DNA of 64,000 nt from Alphaproteobacteria bacterium (GCA_017394405.1 JAFPYW010000007.1:7006-71005); one strand, 5' to 3'. Shown: positions 1-11,182, numbered from the stretch's first letter. Numbers and translations are program-made. The notes: a model not told the origin generated them from the sequence alone.

Positions 1-55
1 ACTCCGGCCACGTTCGTTTTGTTTTGTCGCTTTTCCCCTTTTTGTTTTATTACCT

Positions 56-2497
56 TTACGCACGACGCAAATACTCCTGCACAAGTTGATCAACATCTGT
101 TATTTCTTTTTGCAACTTTTCGGCCAGTAAGATGTTTTTACTACCCGAAGAATAAACCTTCAAATATGGTCCTAAACCTGATAAATCTACATCCAAAATC
201 ACCGATTCATGAATGGCCGGACGACTGACCAAAATAGCATACTTTCGGTCGGCCCATTCTTTTCCAAGAATAAAGTTTAATTCGCGCGGTGTCAAGTTCC
301 AAGTTGCATAATCTGACGGATTGGCTTGTGGATTGCGGAAAAAGATAACCGTTTGACATTGACCGCGGATCACATCGCCCAAGCCCGCCTCATCCAAAAA
401 CTTCGGTTGCTGGAACGCACACAGATAGGCCTGACGTTTTTTACGACCCTCGCGCAGACCAACAATAAAACTTTCCTTAAACATCGGGTGTTCCAACATG
501 GGGGCCGTTTCGTCAATCATAATCATACTGGGCGCACCAGTTGAACTGGCCAATTCATCAATACGATGCATAATGTAACTGACCACTGCAGGAGCCAGAG
601 ATTTATTGCTGTCGTTAAAAATGTTTGTAAAGTCAAAGGCCACGTACCGATTACTCAAATCCAAATTGTCTTCCGGTGAATTAAAAATGTTACCATATTG
701 TTCTGGGTCAATCCACCGATTCAATTCACGCCGCATATATCCATTCGGAGCAAAACAGGCCTTGTACAAATTGCGCAAAATACGATCGCTTTTGGGCAGA
801 TATTCAAATGCCGTTGTCACAGCACGAGCAATTTCAGCTTCGGAAACAGCATCTTTCCCTTCCGTAATATCCCTGAGCCATCCACGCAAGAAGGCCCTGT
901 TTGCCGAATTGTCGTCAATCAAAAACGGATTCAATGATACAGATTCTTCACCATCAAATTTAATGTATGGTGCCCCATTCATAATCGCAAAAACCTTCGC
1001 ACCTTTGTTACGATCAAAGAAGTATGTGTGTAAATCAGGAATACGCATGGCCTGAGAAGCAATAAAACTGAAGAATGTTGTTTTACCTTGACCTGTTGGA
1101 CCGATCAAGGCTGTGTGTGCCACCGCATAAGCTTCTTCCGACACATGGAATTGGAATGCATAAGGTGTTCCGGTAATCGTTCTGAAATATGACAAAGGAA
1201 CCGGGCCCCAGTCGGATTTTTTGCGACCCTCGCTGGGCTGATCAATCATTGTCGCACAACCAACCACATTGGATAGATACATATATGTTCTTGGATATAC
1301 ATCATAAGTTGGAAATTGATTGAAGAACACCGCCTGAGCGGACCATCCTTCCCTCACCGGTGTTACGTTGTGAATACGACAAATACGCTCCACTTCCTCT
1401 TGTCCAAACTTTAATTCTTCTGGCGAATCGCCGTACAAAATAATGGACATAGCATATTCGTTTAATGTTTGGCTGTCCGCATCCGTTGCATCTAGCATTT
1501 CCAACGCAGCATTATATTGATCCATCACGTTTTGTGAAAAACTGGTCATATAGGCCATTTTGCGTTGGTTCACCAATACGGCTGTGGCCTTGGTCGGGCT
1601 GATGGCTTTGATGTTATGAATAAATGTCATTTCCATATCAATACTGAGCAAATCAGCCACCATTTGCTCATCCATATAATCACCTGGCTTTCTGACGCCC
1701 ATCATGATTGCCAATTTTTCTTGATCACCAGAAAAGAATCGCACAATGCCTTCATCTTTGGTAAAATGCACATAATCAGACGTTAAAAGAACATTTAGAT
1801 AATCGCCTTGTTCGCCGTGAATAAACGGTTTGGGACGAGTCAATGGGCTTGCCAAACGAGCAAATACCCACATTGGGCTTTTATCTTCTTGTTTTTCTGT
1901 GGCTTTTTCCGACAACAAAACCGGATCATACATATCCAAAATAGACGTTAGAGCATTACACGCCTGATCCATATCGCGCATAGCCTCTTTACGATCGTTG
2001 ACGCTCAAAATAATGTAGTGATGATTTTTGAACACGCGATGCATACTTTCCATCCATAGCGTATCAATTTCGTGCAACAATTTGTTGTCTGCAAAGGATT
2101 CCATCGTTGCCAACTCAACCTTATCGCGGATGGTAATCATACGTACAACCATTTCCAGTTCTGCCATCGCGTCAATCCAACGCTTGCGCGCACTGGTCAA
2201 GGCGGCACGATCTTCGGGTGGCAACAAAGTACTATCTACACCTTTCACCTCAAACACACGAGCCAATGCACCATTGCGTAAATGTAAAGTTGCCCCATCC
2301 TCATCAATTTTCTCAAACGGCAAAAAGTCGCTTAGGCGTGTTTCTTTTGGTTTTGGCAAGACAAACTCACCAATTTTTGTCACCGCCGCAAATGACAACA
2401 AAATAGCCGCAATCAACCCCAAGACAGCCAAAATCATTGGCACGGACGTGGCACTGCTCAAAATAAAATCAAAAATGTTTGCGTCTAAATTTGTCAT
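56..2497 (-). CDS. virB4: Type IV secretion system ATPase VirB4 (CagE/TrbE family)
   Basis: 813-aa ORF. Carries a Walker A motif (GPTGQGKTT) and an N-terminal TM segment. It lies directly downstream of a VirB3-like gene on the same strand. Family assignment is from remembered motifs and architecture. Confidence 0.8.
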   Translation of the reverse strand: MTNLDANIFDFILSSATSVPMILAVLGLIAAILLSFAAVTKIGEFVLPKPKETRLSDFLPFEKIDEDGATLHLRNGALARVFEVKGVDSTLLPPEDRAALTSARKRWIDAMAELEMVVRMITIRDKVELATMESFADNKLLHEIDTLWMESMHRVFKNHHYIILSVNDRKEAMRDMDQACNALTSILDMYDPVLLSEKATEKQEDKSPMWVFARLASPLTRPKPFIHGEQGDYLNVLLTSDYVHFTKDEGIVRFFSGDQEKLAIMMGVRKPGDYMDEQMVADLLSIDMEMTFIHNIKAISPTKATAVLVNQRKMAYMTSFSQNVMDQYNAALEMLDATDADSQTLNEYAMSIILYGDSPEELKFGQEEVERICRIHNVTPVREGWSAQAVFFNQFPTYDVYPRTYMYLSNVVGCATMIDQPSEGRKKSDWGPVPLSYFRTITGTPYAFQFHVSEEAYAVAHTALIGPTGQGKTTFFSFIASQAMRIPDLHTYFFDRNKGAKVFAIMNGAPYIKFDGEESVSLNPFLIDDNSANRAFLRGWLRDITEGKDAVSEAEIARAVTTAFEYLPKSDRILRNLYKACFAPNGYMRRELNRWIDPEQYGNIFNSPEDNLDLSNRYVAFDFTNIFNDSNKSLAPAVVSYIMHRIDELASSTGAPSMIMIDETAPMLEHPMFKESFIVGLREGRKKRQAYLCAFQQPKFLDEAGLGDVIRGQCQTVIFFRNPQANPSDYATWNLTPRELNFILGKEWADRKYAILVSRPAIHESVILDVDLSGLGPYLKVYSSGSKNILLAEKLQKEITDVDQLVQEYLRRA

Positions 2498-2511
2498 CCT
2501 CTTCTCATTCT

Positions 2512-2805
2512 CTACGGGGCCATTTTAACCCCTTTTGATTTGTAAATATTATGCGTTGATGCCGGCCCTGACACCCCCCACGACTGTAATACATTTGAAA
2601 GGTGGGGTTCTTTCATTCCAGCAAAAATCAATAAAAAGTGGCAACCAACCGCCGACAACAGTGGTGTCAAAGGGTTTAAATCAAATGCAGCAATCCCGAT
2701 CATCATAAAGGCACCATGCAACACCAAATTGGCCGCCGCTATCTTAAATGGTGCCAAAAACATACGTGGTGGCATAGCTACTGCTTTGAAAATTGGTTCC
2801 CGCAT
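2512..2805 (-). CDS. virB3: Type IV secretion system protein VirB3-like small membrane protein
   Basis: 97-aa hydrophobic protein with two predicted TM helices. It sits 14 bp upstream of virB4 on the same strand, the canonical virB3-virB4 order. Confidence 0.6.
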   Translation of the reverse strand: MREPIFKAVAMPPRMFLAPFKIAAANLVLHGAFMMIGIAAFDLNPLTPLLSAVGCHFLLIFAGMKEPHLSNVLQSWGVSGPASTHNIYKSKGVKMAP

Positions 2806-2870
2806 TTTAATCTCCTGATTTTATTCATACAACAAATTCTTGCAAATGAAAAGAAAAAAATGCTTTTTTC

Positions 2871-2899
2871 TTGACTTTTTTTGCATTTTTTGGCATAAT
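2871..2899 (+). promoter_or_regulatory. Sigma70-like promoter for gatCAB (TTGACT-17-CATAAT)
   Basis: TTGACT at 2871-2876, a 17-nt spacer, and CATAAT at 2894-2899, about 27 bp upstream of the gatC start. Confidence 0.45.
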
Positions 2900-2925
2900 T
2901 TCACCATTCGTCAAGGAGAATTAAA

Positions 2926-3213
2926 ATGGCTTTGAATCAGGAAACAATTAAAAATCTTTCCACATTGGCACGTTTAAGACTGCCTCAGGAACGAGAAGAA
3001 AAGATTTTATCCGACCTACAAAGTATCTTGGATTGGGTGGAACAATTAAAGGAAGTTGATATTGAAGGCGTGGAACCATTGGTGTCCGTGACTCAAGGCA
3101 ATACCCCTATGCGTCAAGATGAAGTGACGGATGGCAATTTACAAAAAGAATTGGTGCAAAATGCACCAGAAGAAATTCAAGGTTTTTATGTGGTGCCAAA
3201 GGTGGTGAAATAA
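2926..3213 (+). CDS. gatC: Asp-tRNA(Asn)/Glu-tRNA(Gln) amidotransferase subunit C
   Basis: 95 aa with a typical GatC N-terminus. It is immediately followed by gatA and gatB. Confidence 0.85.
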   Translation: MALNQETIKNLSTLARLRLPQEREEKILSDLQSILDWVEQLKEVDIEGVEPLVSVTQGNTPMRQDEVTDGNLQKELVQNAPEEIQGFYVVPKVVK

Positions 3214-4679
3214 TGACAGATTTAGTGAACTTAACCATCGCCGAAGCGTTGGAATTATTGAACAAAAAAGAAATTACTTCTGTAGATTTAACAACGGCAC
3301 ATATTGCCGAAATGGAAAAAGGACGTGTGTTGAACGCCTTTATTACGGAAACACCTGAATTGGCTCTTGAACAAGCCAAAGCCAGTGACGAAAAACGAGC
3401 AAACGGATCTCCTTTGGGTGCATTGGAAGGCATTCCGATTGCAAACAAAGATTTGTACTGTACAAAGGGCGTCAAAACAACCGCGGCCAGCAAGATTTTA
3501 TCCAACTTTGTGCCGCCCTATGAATCCACAGTTTCTCAAAAATTAAAGGATGCCGGCACAATTATGCTCGGCAAACTCAACACCGACCAATTCGCTATGG
3601 GCGGTTCCACTTTAACAAGTTATTTTGGGGTCACAAAAAACCCATGGAATTTGGATTTGGTGCCGGGGGGTTCTTCCGGTGGTTCGGCTGCCGCTGTATC
3701 TGCAGGATTATGCATGGGTGCCACAGGTTCCGACACAGGCGGTTCTATTCGTCAGCCCGCCAGTTTTTGTGGTGTGACAGGAATTAAACCAACCTATGGC
3801 CGTTGCTCGCGTTATGGTATTGTGGCATTTGCCAGTTCGTTGGATCAGGCCGGCCCAATGGCTCGTACCGTGAAAGATTGTGCTTTGATGTTGGGCGCAA
3901 TGGCTGGAGCGGATGACAAAGATTCCACCGTTGCCAATATTCCCGTGCCAGATTACACAAAGGCGCTGACGGGCGATATCAAGGGCAAAAAAATTGGCAT
4001 TCCAAAAGAATATCGTTTGGATGGACTCAATGAAGATGTGCAACGCATTTGGGACAAAGGAATTCAACTTTTGAAAGATGCGGGCGCGGAAATTGTGGAT
4101 ATTTCGCTTCCTCATACAAAGTATGCTTTGCCAGTTTATTACATTGTTGCTTGTGCAGAAGCAAGTTCTAACCTTTCCCGTTATGACGGAGTGCGTTATA
4201 CCACACGTGTAGAAGGCAATTCATTGGATGAAATGTATGAAAACACACGCACGGATGGCTTTGGCGATGAAGTAGTACGTCGTATTTTATTGGGCACTTT
4301 CGTGTTGTCTGCCGGATTTTATGACGCGTATTACACACGCGCTCAACGGGTGCGCCGTTTGATTTACAATGACTTTGTGGAAGCATTTAAGCAAGTGGAT
4401 GCGATTTTGGTACCAGCCGCGCCAACGCCAGCGCTTTCCGCTGAGGAAATGAAAAATATGAAACCTGTGGATGTGTATGCAGGTGACGTGTTCACAACGC
4501 CGGCCAGTTTGGCAGGTGTGCCTGGGCTTTCATTGCCGATTGGACTTTCTCAAAATGGATTACCTATCGGCTTACAGGTAATCGGCAAACACTTTGATGA
4601 AAACACCGTTTTCCAAGTGGCAGATGTATTGGAAAAAATGGCAAACTTTGATAAGACTCCCCACAGAGTGAAAGGATAA
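3213..4679 (+). CDS. gatA: Glutamyl-tRNA(Gln) amidotransferase subunit A
   Basis: 488 aa with the amidase signature ([11 protein letters not shown]) and the GatA family fold. Its start overlaps the gatC stop. Confidence 0.9.
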   Translation: MTDLVNLTIAEALELLNKKEITSVDLTTAHIAEMEKGRVLNAFITETPELALEQAKASDEKRANGSPLGALEGIPIANKDLYCTKGVKTTAASKILSNFVPPYESTVSQKLKDAGTIMLGKLNTDQFAMGGSTLTSYFGVTKNPWNLDLVPGGSSGGSAAAVSAGLCMGATGSDTGGSIRQPASFCGVTGIKPTYGRCSRYGIVAFASSLDQAGPMARTVKDCALMLGAMAGADDKDSTVANIPVPDYTKALTGDIKGKKIGIPKEYRLDGLNEDVQRIWDKGIQLLKDAGAEIVDISLPHTKYALPVYYIVACAEASSNLSRYDGVRYTTRVEGNSLDEMYENTRTDGFGDEVVRRILLGTFVLSAGFYDAYYTRAQRVRRLIYNDFVEAFKQVDAILVPAAPTPALSAEEMKNMKPVDVYAGDVFTTPASLAGVPGLSLPIGLSQNGLPIGLQVIGKHFDENTVFQVADVLEKMANFDKTPHRVKG

Positions 4680-4682
4680 AAG

Positions 4683-6134
4683 ATGTACACGATTGAAGGA
4701 AAAACAGGTAAGTGGGAATTAGTTATTGGATTGGAAGTCCATTGCGAAATCTTATCTAAATCTAAAGTCTTTTCGGGTGCCAGCGCCGCGTTTGGTGGCG
4801 AACAAAACACCCAGGTGTCTTTCATTGATGCTGGCTTCCCTGGAATGCTACCAAAAGTGAATGAATACTGCATTGAACAATGCGTAAAAACGGGCATGGG
4901 ATTAAATGCCCAAATCAACAAGTATTCTCGTTTTGACCGCAAAAACTATTTTTATGCTGACTTGCCACAGGGCTATCAGATTTCTCAGTTGTATCATCCG
5001 ATTGTGGGCGAAGGCTTTATTGAAGTCACCACCGCCGACGGCACACGTAAAATTGGTGTGGAACGGTTGCATTTGGAACAGGATGCTGGTAAATCCATTC
5101 ATGATATGCATCCTAGCAAGACTTTAATTGACTTGAACCGGTCGGGCGTTGGCTTGATGGAAATTGTGTCTAAACCGGATATGCATAGCCCCGAGGAAGC
5201 GGGCGAATATTTGCGCCAACTCCGCGCAATTGTTCGTGCTTTGGGCACCTGTGACGGTAACATGGATGAGGGCTCTATGCGTTGCGATGTGAATATTTCC
5301 GTACGCCCCGTTGGTGAAACAAGTTTGCGCGCCAGAGCAGAAGTCAAAAACGTGAACTCTGTGCGGTTTGTAATGCACGCGATTCAGGTGGAAGCTGAAC
5401 GCCAAATTGAGATTTATGAAAATGGCGGCACTATTCGTCAGGAAACGCGCCTTTATGATTCCGAAAACGGCGAAACACGCCCGATGCGAACAAAAGAAAA
5501 CGCCAACGATTACAGATACTTCCCAGATCCGGACTTGTTACCTGTGGTCTTGACGGACGAGTATATTGAAAACATTCGCAAGAACTTGCCTGAACTCCCA
5601 GAAGTGAAGAAAAAACGCTATATCGAACAACTGGGATTACCCGAATATGACGCCGGCATTTTAACCGCGGACAATGATACATCCGCTTACTTTGAAACGG
5701 CCGCCAAGGGACATGATGCAAAAAAGGTGGCAAACTGGGTGATGGGCGATTTGTTCGCTTATTTGAACAAGGAATGCTTGCCGATTACAAAGAGCCCTGT
5801 TTCTGCCGAAAATTTGGGCGCGTTAGTGGGCTTGATTGAAGACAACACGATTTCTGGTAAAATCGCAAAAGACGTGTTTGTATTTATGATTGAAACGGGC
5901 AAAACACCCGCTGAAATCGTGGAAGAAAAAGGATTAAAGCAAACAACCGATACGGGCGCCATTGAAGCCATTATTGATGAAGTGTTGGCCGCCAACCCAG
6001 ATAAAGTTGCCGAAATCAAAGCCGGCAAAGACAAGTTGAAAGGTTGGTTTGTGGGTCAGATTATGAAGGCAAGCCAAGGCAAGGTCAATCCCGCCATGGC
6101 CAACGAATTATTGAATAAGAAATTGCAAGGATAA
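4683..6134 (+). CDS. gatB: Aspartyl/glutamyl-tRNA amidotransferase subunit B
   Basis: 483 aa with a conserved GatB N-terminus ([12 protein letters not shown]) and a C-terminal GatB/YqeY domain. Confidence 0.9.
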   Translation: MYTIEGKTGKWELVIGLEVHCEILSKSKVFSGASAAFGGEQNTQVSFIDAGFPGMLPKVNEYCIEQCVKTGMGLNAQINKYSRFDRKNYFYADLPQGYQISQLYHPIVGEGFIEVTTADGTRKIGVERLHLEQDAGKSIHDMHPSKTLIDLNRSGVGLMEIVSKPDMHSPEEAGEYLRQLRAIVRALGTCDGNMDEGSMRCDVNISVRPVGETSLRARAEVKNVNSVRFVMHAIQVEAERQIEIYENGGTIRQETRLYDSENGETRPMRTKENANDYRYFPDPDLLPVVLTDEYIENIRKNLPELPEVKKKRYIEQLGLPEYDAGILTADNDTSAYFETAAKGHDAKKVANWVMGDLFAYLNKECLPITKSPVSAENLGALVGLIEDNTISGKIAKDVFVFMIETGKTPAEIVEEKGLKQTTDTGAIEAIIDEVLAANPDKVAEIKAGKDKLKGWFVGQIMKASQGKVNPAMANELLNKKLQG

Positions 6135-6396
6135 ACTACCTTCCGGTTTTTCCCGTTCTTGCACAGAGCTTACATCCTTTTAAAGATGTTTTTGAGGCGG
6201 GTCTTTTTTCTTGTGCAGATCCACGCCACTCACCTGGCATACTTTGTTCCGTCAAAAAAGATGTTAATTGGATTCCTGTTTTTTTATCTATTGTTATTAC
6301 AGGTTTGGCAGATAATTTCTTGGTCATCTTTACTCCTTTTGTTCTGTTATTCTACCACTAGTATCGATAAAACAAACCAATTTGTCAATTAAAAAA

Positions 6397-6423
6397 ACTC
6401 GCCCTGATTAGAGCGAGTTTTTC
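6397..6423. terminator. Bidirectional rho-independent terminator between gatB and the DUF378 gene
   Basis: Stem ACTCGC/GCGAGT with an A-run upstream and a T-run downstream, so it can terminate either strand. Confidence 0.45.
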
Positions 6424-6438
6424 ACCTAACAAAGTGCG

Positions 6439-6639
6439 TTATTTTTTCATTTTCATGCCGGCATAAGCAAAAATGCACCAGACGGCAGACAACCCGACAA
6501 GATCATAAACGATCATGCTGAGCACGCTGCCCATCCCAAATAAAAAGGCCACCAGGTCAAACCCAAAAAAGCCGACCAACCCCCAGTTCAAAGCGCCAAT
6601 AATCACCAATGCACATGCAATTTTATTCACTATTTCCAT
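6439..6639 (-). CDS. DUF378-family small membrane protein
   Basis: 66 aa containing the motif GALNWGLVGFFGFDLVA, characteristic of DUF378. Confidence 0.55.
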   Translation of the reverse strand: MEIVNKIACALVIIGALNWGLVGFFGFDLVAFLFGMGSVLSMIVYDLVGLSAVWCIFAYAGMKMKK

Positions 6640-6746
6640 TTGTTCCTCCTTTTTTGAACAGGGTTTATGTGGGCAGTCATTTTTCCTTTGTCAAGGCATA
6701 AAAAAACCGGAGCCCAAACAGACCCCGGTTTTTGGTTCATACTTGG

Positions 6747-6935
6747 TTATTTTTTGAGTCCAAGGAATCCCAAAATTGCCAAAACAGCAGAGATACCAAC
6801 CAAATCTTGGACAATTCTCAATGCTTGACCGGAAAAGAAGTGGCCAAATAAATCATAATTGAAGAATCCAATCAAACCCCAGTTCAAAGCACCAATCAAC
6901 ACCAAAATGCTGGCGATAGTTGCTAATAATCTCAT
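6747..6935 (-). CDS. DUF378-family small membrane protein (tandem paralog)
   Basis: 62 aa containing GALNWGLIGFFNYDLF. It is a tandem duplicate of the neighbouring gene. Confidence 0.55.
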   Translation of the reverse strand: MRLLATIASILVLIGALNWGLIGFFNYDLFGHFFSGQALRIVQDLVGISAVLAILGFLGLKK

Positions 6936-6954
6936 ATTTTTTCTCCTTTCTTAA

Positions 6955-8211
6955 TTAAAATTTATATTGTACTTGTACACCCAAGATATGCGATTGCATA
7001 TTCTTGTATTTCGCCTGAACAGAAGCATCTTCCAATGCTTTTGCTGTCTTGGCGATCATGTGGGCATAACCCACATCGATTTGCCAGTTGTTTTTCATAT
7101 AACTGGCCCCCACGCTCATCCACCAACGATCGTTATCAGGAATACGGATGGTTCTGCGTGATGCATCGTGTGCCGGACTTTCATCCCAACCACCACCGAA
7201 ACGGAAGGTCAGGTTTGGACAATAGTAATAATCAACACCACCTGTCAATGTCCAGCTGTTGTGATATTTATAATACGATTTCTTTTCACCGTTTGGCGCA
7301 AAGCCGGGCCAATCCGAACGAATTGTAAAGTTCGGGAATGACGATGTCCAGTGCGTAAAACGGGCTGTTCCCGAAAAACCAACGTCTTTGTAACGATGAT
7401 AGGCCGAGAACGTTACTGTTTCAGGTAAATCCGGGTTGGCATTCACGGTATACATACCATTCAAACCAGACATCGGATTATTTCCGGAAACTTTCAAATG
7501 TCCCTTTGCTCTTTGGGCGGAACGCAAACGATAAGACACACCAAAACGGGTGTTTTTGTTGAATTCATACATCGCACCAAAGGCCGCGGTTTGTGTCCAT
7601 CCATGCACGTTAAAATTCACATCGCCGCCGCCAATTGGCATTAAACCCAGGCCCGGCACAGGAATATTCAACGGAATCGATTGTGTCATACGACCATAAA
7701 TATAACGCAAAATCGCACTGGCACCCAATGACAAATGATCCGTTACTTTATAGGCCGCAGAAAAGTTAAAATCTACGATATCTAATTTGGATAACAGGGC
7801 TGCTGTTTTGCCAAACCAACCGTGATCATATTGAGTTTTTAATCCAAACGGCGCATAAATACCAATACCAAGTTTCAAACGATCATTGACATTATATTGC
7901 GCAAAGCCCGCTGGAACCGGTTGCCAAAAATCCATTTTCTTATGCTGACCGGCATGATTTCCTAAACCATCCACATCGGCACGCAAATTGATGAAATTAA
8001 ACACTTGTTGAACGCCTGACTTTTCCATTAAAGTCATACCAGCCGGGTTAAAAGCGATTGCAGAATAGTCATCGCCCATAATACCTTGACCGGCATAAGA
8101 ACGTCCCAATCCCGTCACAGAGTAATCATTTAACTGATAACTACCTGCCTGGGCGGAACATACACCAAAAGCTGCGCCAACCAATAAAACTAATTTTGTA
8201 ACTTTTTTCAT
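6955..8211 (-). CDS. FadL/OmpP1-family outer membrane transporter
   Basis: The signal peptide reads MKKVTKLVLLVGAAFGVCSAQA, the body looks beta-rich, and the C-terminus ends in F. The start was moved to the internal Met at 8211, so the N-terminal extension in the ORF track is rejected. Confidence 0.55.
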   Translation of the reverse strand: MKKVTKLVLLVGAAFGVCSAQAGSYQLNDYSVTGLGRSYAGQGIMGDDYSAIAFNPAGMTLMEKSGVQQVFNFINLRADVDGLGNHAGQHKKMDFWQPVPAGFAQYNVNDRLKLGIGIYAPFGLKTQYDHGWFGKTAALLSKLDIVDFNFSAAYKVTDHLSLGASAILRYIYGRMTQSIPLNIPVPGLGLMPIGGGDVNFNVHGWTQTAAFGAMYEFNKNTRFGVSYRLRSAQRAKGHLKVSGNNPMSGLNGMYTVNANPDLPETVTFSAYHRYKDVGFSGTARFTHWTSSFPNFTIRSDWPGFAPNGEKKSYYKYHNSWTLTGGVDYYYCPNLTFRFGGGWDESPAHDASRRTIRIPDNDRWWMSVGASYMKNNWQIDVGYAHMIAKTAKALEDASVQAKYKNMQSHILGVQVQYKF

Positions 8212-8302
8212 ATCTATCCTTTTGTTATAAAGTTTACAAGAACGCATTATAGCAATGTATTCACAAAATTGCAATAAAAATGTCAAAAAAACGTCACAAA
8301 TA

Positions 8303-8548
8303 TTATTTTACTTCTTCAAATTCGACGTCAATAATTTGATTTTTTTCACTTTTTTGATGTTCAAAAACACGATTGTGTGTTGTTTTTTGTGATGGGTTTG
8401 GCAAGAAAAACCGCACAATTGACACAACCGCGGACACAATCAACCCAATTAAAAACAACGGCAATACCACATAGACGCCAATCCAAATGGCAGCCAACAC
8501 ACACACCAACAAAAAGCCGCTAATTATTAAGGCAGAAAGAAAACTCAT
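8303..8548 (-). CDS. Hypothetical small membrane protein (2 TM), co-transcribed with mutS
   Basis: 81 aa and hydrophobic. Its start overlaps the mutS stop by 4 nt. Confidence 0.4.
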   Translation of the reverse strand: MSFLSALIISGFLLVCVLAAIWIGVYVVLPLFLIGLIVSAVVSIVRFFLPNPSQKTTHNRVFEHQKSEKNQIIDVEFEEVK

Positions 8549-11139
8549 TTATCTTTAATCTCCTTTTTCAAATCATATAAAGCCGTTAAGGCCTCGCGCG
8601 GAGACAGCGCGTCAATATCCAACTCTTTCAATTTCTTTTCAACGACTGAATCCTGCACACGATTATATGTGGATGCTGTTGCGACAGAAAACAAGGGGAG
8701 ATCATCAAAAAGTGGTTTTTGATTTTTCTTTTTTTCTTCCAATTCAGCCAAAACGGCCTCTGCCCGATCCACCACCGCTGCCGGCAAGCCCGCCATTTTT
8801 GCCACATGAATACCATAGGACCGCTCAACAGCACCTAATCCAACCTCGTGTAAAAAGACGATATCGCCTTGCCATTCTTTGATCTTCATTGTGTGTAAGG
8901 ATAAATTGTTCAAACGCGAGGCCAAGCCCGTCAATTCATGATAGTGTGTTGCAAATAACGCACGCGCTTTGACGTTATTATGTAAATATTCCACCACAGC
9001 CCACGCCAACGACAAACCATCATAGGTGGCTGTACCGCGGCCAACCTCATCCAAAATAACCAACGATTTTGGAGTTGCATAATTCAAAATTGTGGCCACC
9101 TCCACCATTTCCACCATAAACGTGGAACGACCACGGGCTAAATCATCACTGGCGCCAACACGAGAAAACACTTTATCCACCAATCCGATTTCGGCTTCTT
9201 CGGCTGGCACATAAGAGCCCATCTGAGCCAAGATTACAATCAACGCATTTTGGCGCAAATAGGTACTTTTACCAGCCATGTTCGGACCCGTCAAAACCCA
9301 AACATAATCTGTTGGATTCATATCACAATCATTTGGAATAAACGTTTGTCCCGCCTTTTTCAACGCCGCTTCTACGACAGGATGCCGCCCCTCTTTGATT
9401 CTTAAATCTGTTCCCTCATTCAAAACAGGTCGTGTCCAATTATTTTCGGTGGCTAAATCAGCCAATGCACTAGCTACATCAATTTCTGCCAATGCTAAAG
9501 CTGCTGTTAAAATCGTATTTGCATGGGATAAAATTTCCTGACGCACTTCTTCAAATAATTGCAATTCCATCGTCAACGCTTGCTCATCCGCGTGTAAAAT
9601 TTTAGTGGCCAAATCACTCAACTCTGTGGTGGTAAAGCGTACACAATTCGCCATCGTTTGGCGATGAATAAAGCCTGATCCTTTATCCATCAACAATGGC
9701 TCGGCGGCTTTAGATGGCACCTCCACATAATACCCAACCAAATTATTGAAGGCAATTTTTAATGTGTTGATGCCCGTTTGTGCGCTGTACTTTTTTTGTA
9801 AGTCAGCGATAATTTTTTTGGATAAATCTTTAATGTTTATAATTTCATCCAATTCTGCAGACGCACCGCGTTTAATAAATCCGCCATCGCGCGCCAGCAG
9901 AGGAGCATTTTCGGAAATATAACGCAAAATATGATCTGCCAACGCCGAATGTTCGCCTAATCGTACCAGGGTTTCTTGTAAGGCCAGCGGTAATGCGCCC
10001 TCAATTTGTGTTCTGATGGAGGGGATTTTATTCAGTGTTTTAGCCAACTCCAACATGTCGCGCGGCCCACCACGCCCAACGGAAAGTCGGCTGATTTCCC
10101 GCTCAATGTCCGATGTTTCTTTTAACAATTGCCGAATGGTGTCACACACAATAGGATTTTTTACAAAATATGTGATCTTATCCAATCTGGCATTGATTTC
10201 ATCTGCCAACATCAACGGCGCCGCCAAATAGGAAGCCAATAACCGCGCACCCGCCCCGGTTTGAGTACGATCCAAAACCGACAACAAACTGGTGGCGCCT
10301 TTATCGTCAGAAAGGGCGGTCGTCAGTTCCAAACTGCGCCGGGTCGGACCATCAATCTGCATAAAACGATTTTCTTGAAAATGTTGTGGTTCAGATAATT
10401 GAGGCATGCTACCGCGTTGCGTTTCGTTCAAATAATTCAGTAACACCCCGATTGCCAACTGTTCTCCCTTTGAAAATGCAGGATAATTTTTAATAGCTTC
10501 TTGTTGTGATAAGGCGGAAAAATCAGCCTCTGGACATTCCGTTTTTTGACCAAAAGATGAATCCCACACATCCATATATTTTTTATCAAAACCTTCCGGA
10601 ATTAAAACTTCAGACGCTTCCAGTCGTGCCAAAACAGAGGGCAAATGCGCCACGGAACTTTCCTGCACACCAAAATCACCCGTGGACATATCGACCCACG
10701 CGACACCACAACTTGCAGCCATCGGCGCAATACAGGCCAAATAATTATGACGGCGCGCATTCAACAAAGCGTCTTCAGTTAAAGTGCCTGCTGTGACAAC
10801 ACGAATCACATCCCGTTTAACAACAGCAGTTGAGCCACGTTTTTTTGCTTCCTCTGGCAACTCCATTTGTTCGCAAATAGCCACCTTGAATCCGGCACGC
10901 ACCAATCGTACAAGATAATTTTCATACGCGTGGAAAGGGATGCCGCACATGGGCACTTCTTCACCCAAATACTTGCCACGATGCGTCAGCACCAAATCCA
11001 ATGTTTTGGCGGCAACTTTTGCATCATCAAAGAACAGCTCATAAAAATCACCTAACCGGTAAAACAACAAACAATCCATATATTGTTTTTTTGTTTCCCA
11101 GTATTGGTTCATCATCGGCGTGCCGTCTTGTTTGGCCAT
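8545..11139 (-). CDS. mutS: DNA mismatch repair protein MutS
   Basis: 864 aa with a Walker A motif (GPNMAGKST) and the MutS domains I to V. Confidence 0.9.
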   Translation of the reverse strand: MAKQDGTPMMNQYWETKKQYMDCLLFYRLGDFYELFFDDAKVAAKTLDLVLTHRGKYLGEEVPMCGIPFHAYENYLVRLVRAGFKVAICEQMELPEEAKKRGSTAVVKRDVIRVVTAGTLTEDALLNARRHNYLACIAPMAASCGVAWVDMSTGDFGVQESSVAHLPSVLARLEASEVLIPEGFDKKYMDVWDSSFGQKTECPEADFSALSQQEAIKNYPAFSKGEQLAIGVLLNYLNETQRGSMPQLSEPQHFQENRFMQIDGPTRRSLELTTALSDDKGATSLLSVLDRTQTGAGARLLASYLAAPLMLADEINARLDKITYFVKNPIVCDTIRQLLKETSDIEREISRLSVGRGGPRDMLELAKTLNKIPSIRTQIEGALPLALQETLVRLGEHSALADHILRYISENAPLLARDGGFIKRGASAELDEIINIKDLSKKIIADLQKKYSAQTGINTLKIAFNNLVGYYVEVPSKAAEPLLMDKGSGFIHRQTMANCVRFTTTELSDLATKILHADEQALTMELQLFEEVRQEILSHANTILTAALALAEIDVASALADLATENNWTRPVLNEGTDLRIKEGRHPVVEAALKKAGQTFIPNDCDMNPTDYVWVLTGPNMAGKSTYLRQNALIVILAQMGSYVPAEEAEIGLVDKVFSRVGASDDLARGRSTFMVEMVEVATILNYATPKSLVILDEVGRGTATYDGLSLAWAVVEYLHNNVKARALFATHYHELTGLASRLNNLSLHTMKIKEWQGDIVFLHEVGLGAVERSYGIHVAKMAGLPAAVVDRAEAVLAELEEKKKNQKPLFDDLPLFSVATASTYNRVQDSVVEKKLKELDIDALSPREALTALYDLKKEIKDK

Positions 11140-11182
11140 CTTTTTCCTTTCCTTTTTTTGTGAATTATATTATACTAAATTT

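Noticed and set aside
1-55. Possible 3' end of another T4SS gene before virB4
   Set aside because: Too little sequence (55 bp) is available to evaluate it.
326-2528. Multiple plus-strand ORFs of 60 to 170 aa (326-544, 606-1055, 698-937, 1565-1786, 2028-2528 and others) antisense to virB4
   Set aside because: They lie fully inside a long, well-supported VirB4 coding frame on the opposite strand. They have no ribosome-binding sites and show low-complexity translations, which makes them frame artefacts.
8212-8286. N-terminal extensions in the ORF track (fadL-like 8212-8286, bamA 55340-55423, tadA 22643-22762, greA 20739-20759, Cys-rich protein 25898-25954)
   Set aside because: In each case an internal Met sits directly in front of a canonical signal peptide or conserved N-terminus, with a better ribosome-binding site. 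The extensions have odd compositions. bamA is the clearest case, with an ATGA overlap against rseP.
11120-11182. Upstream Met (MPSCLAIFF...) as the start of the histidine kinase
   Set aside because: That start would overlap the divergently transcribed mutS start by 20 bp. The Met at 11183 (MRKNK...) leaves room for both promoters and precedes the first TM helix.
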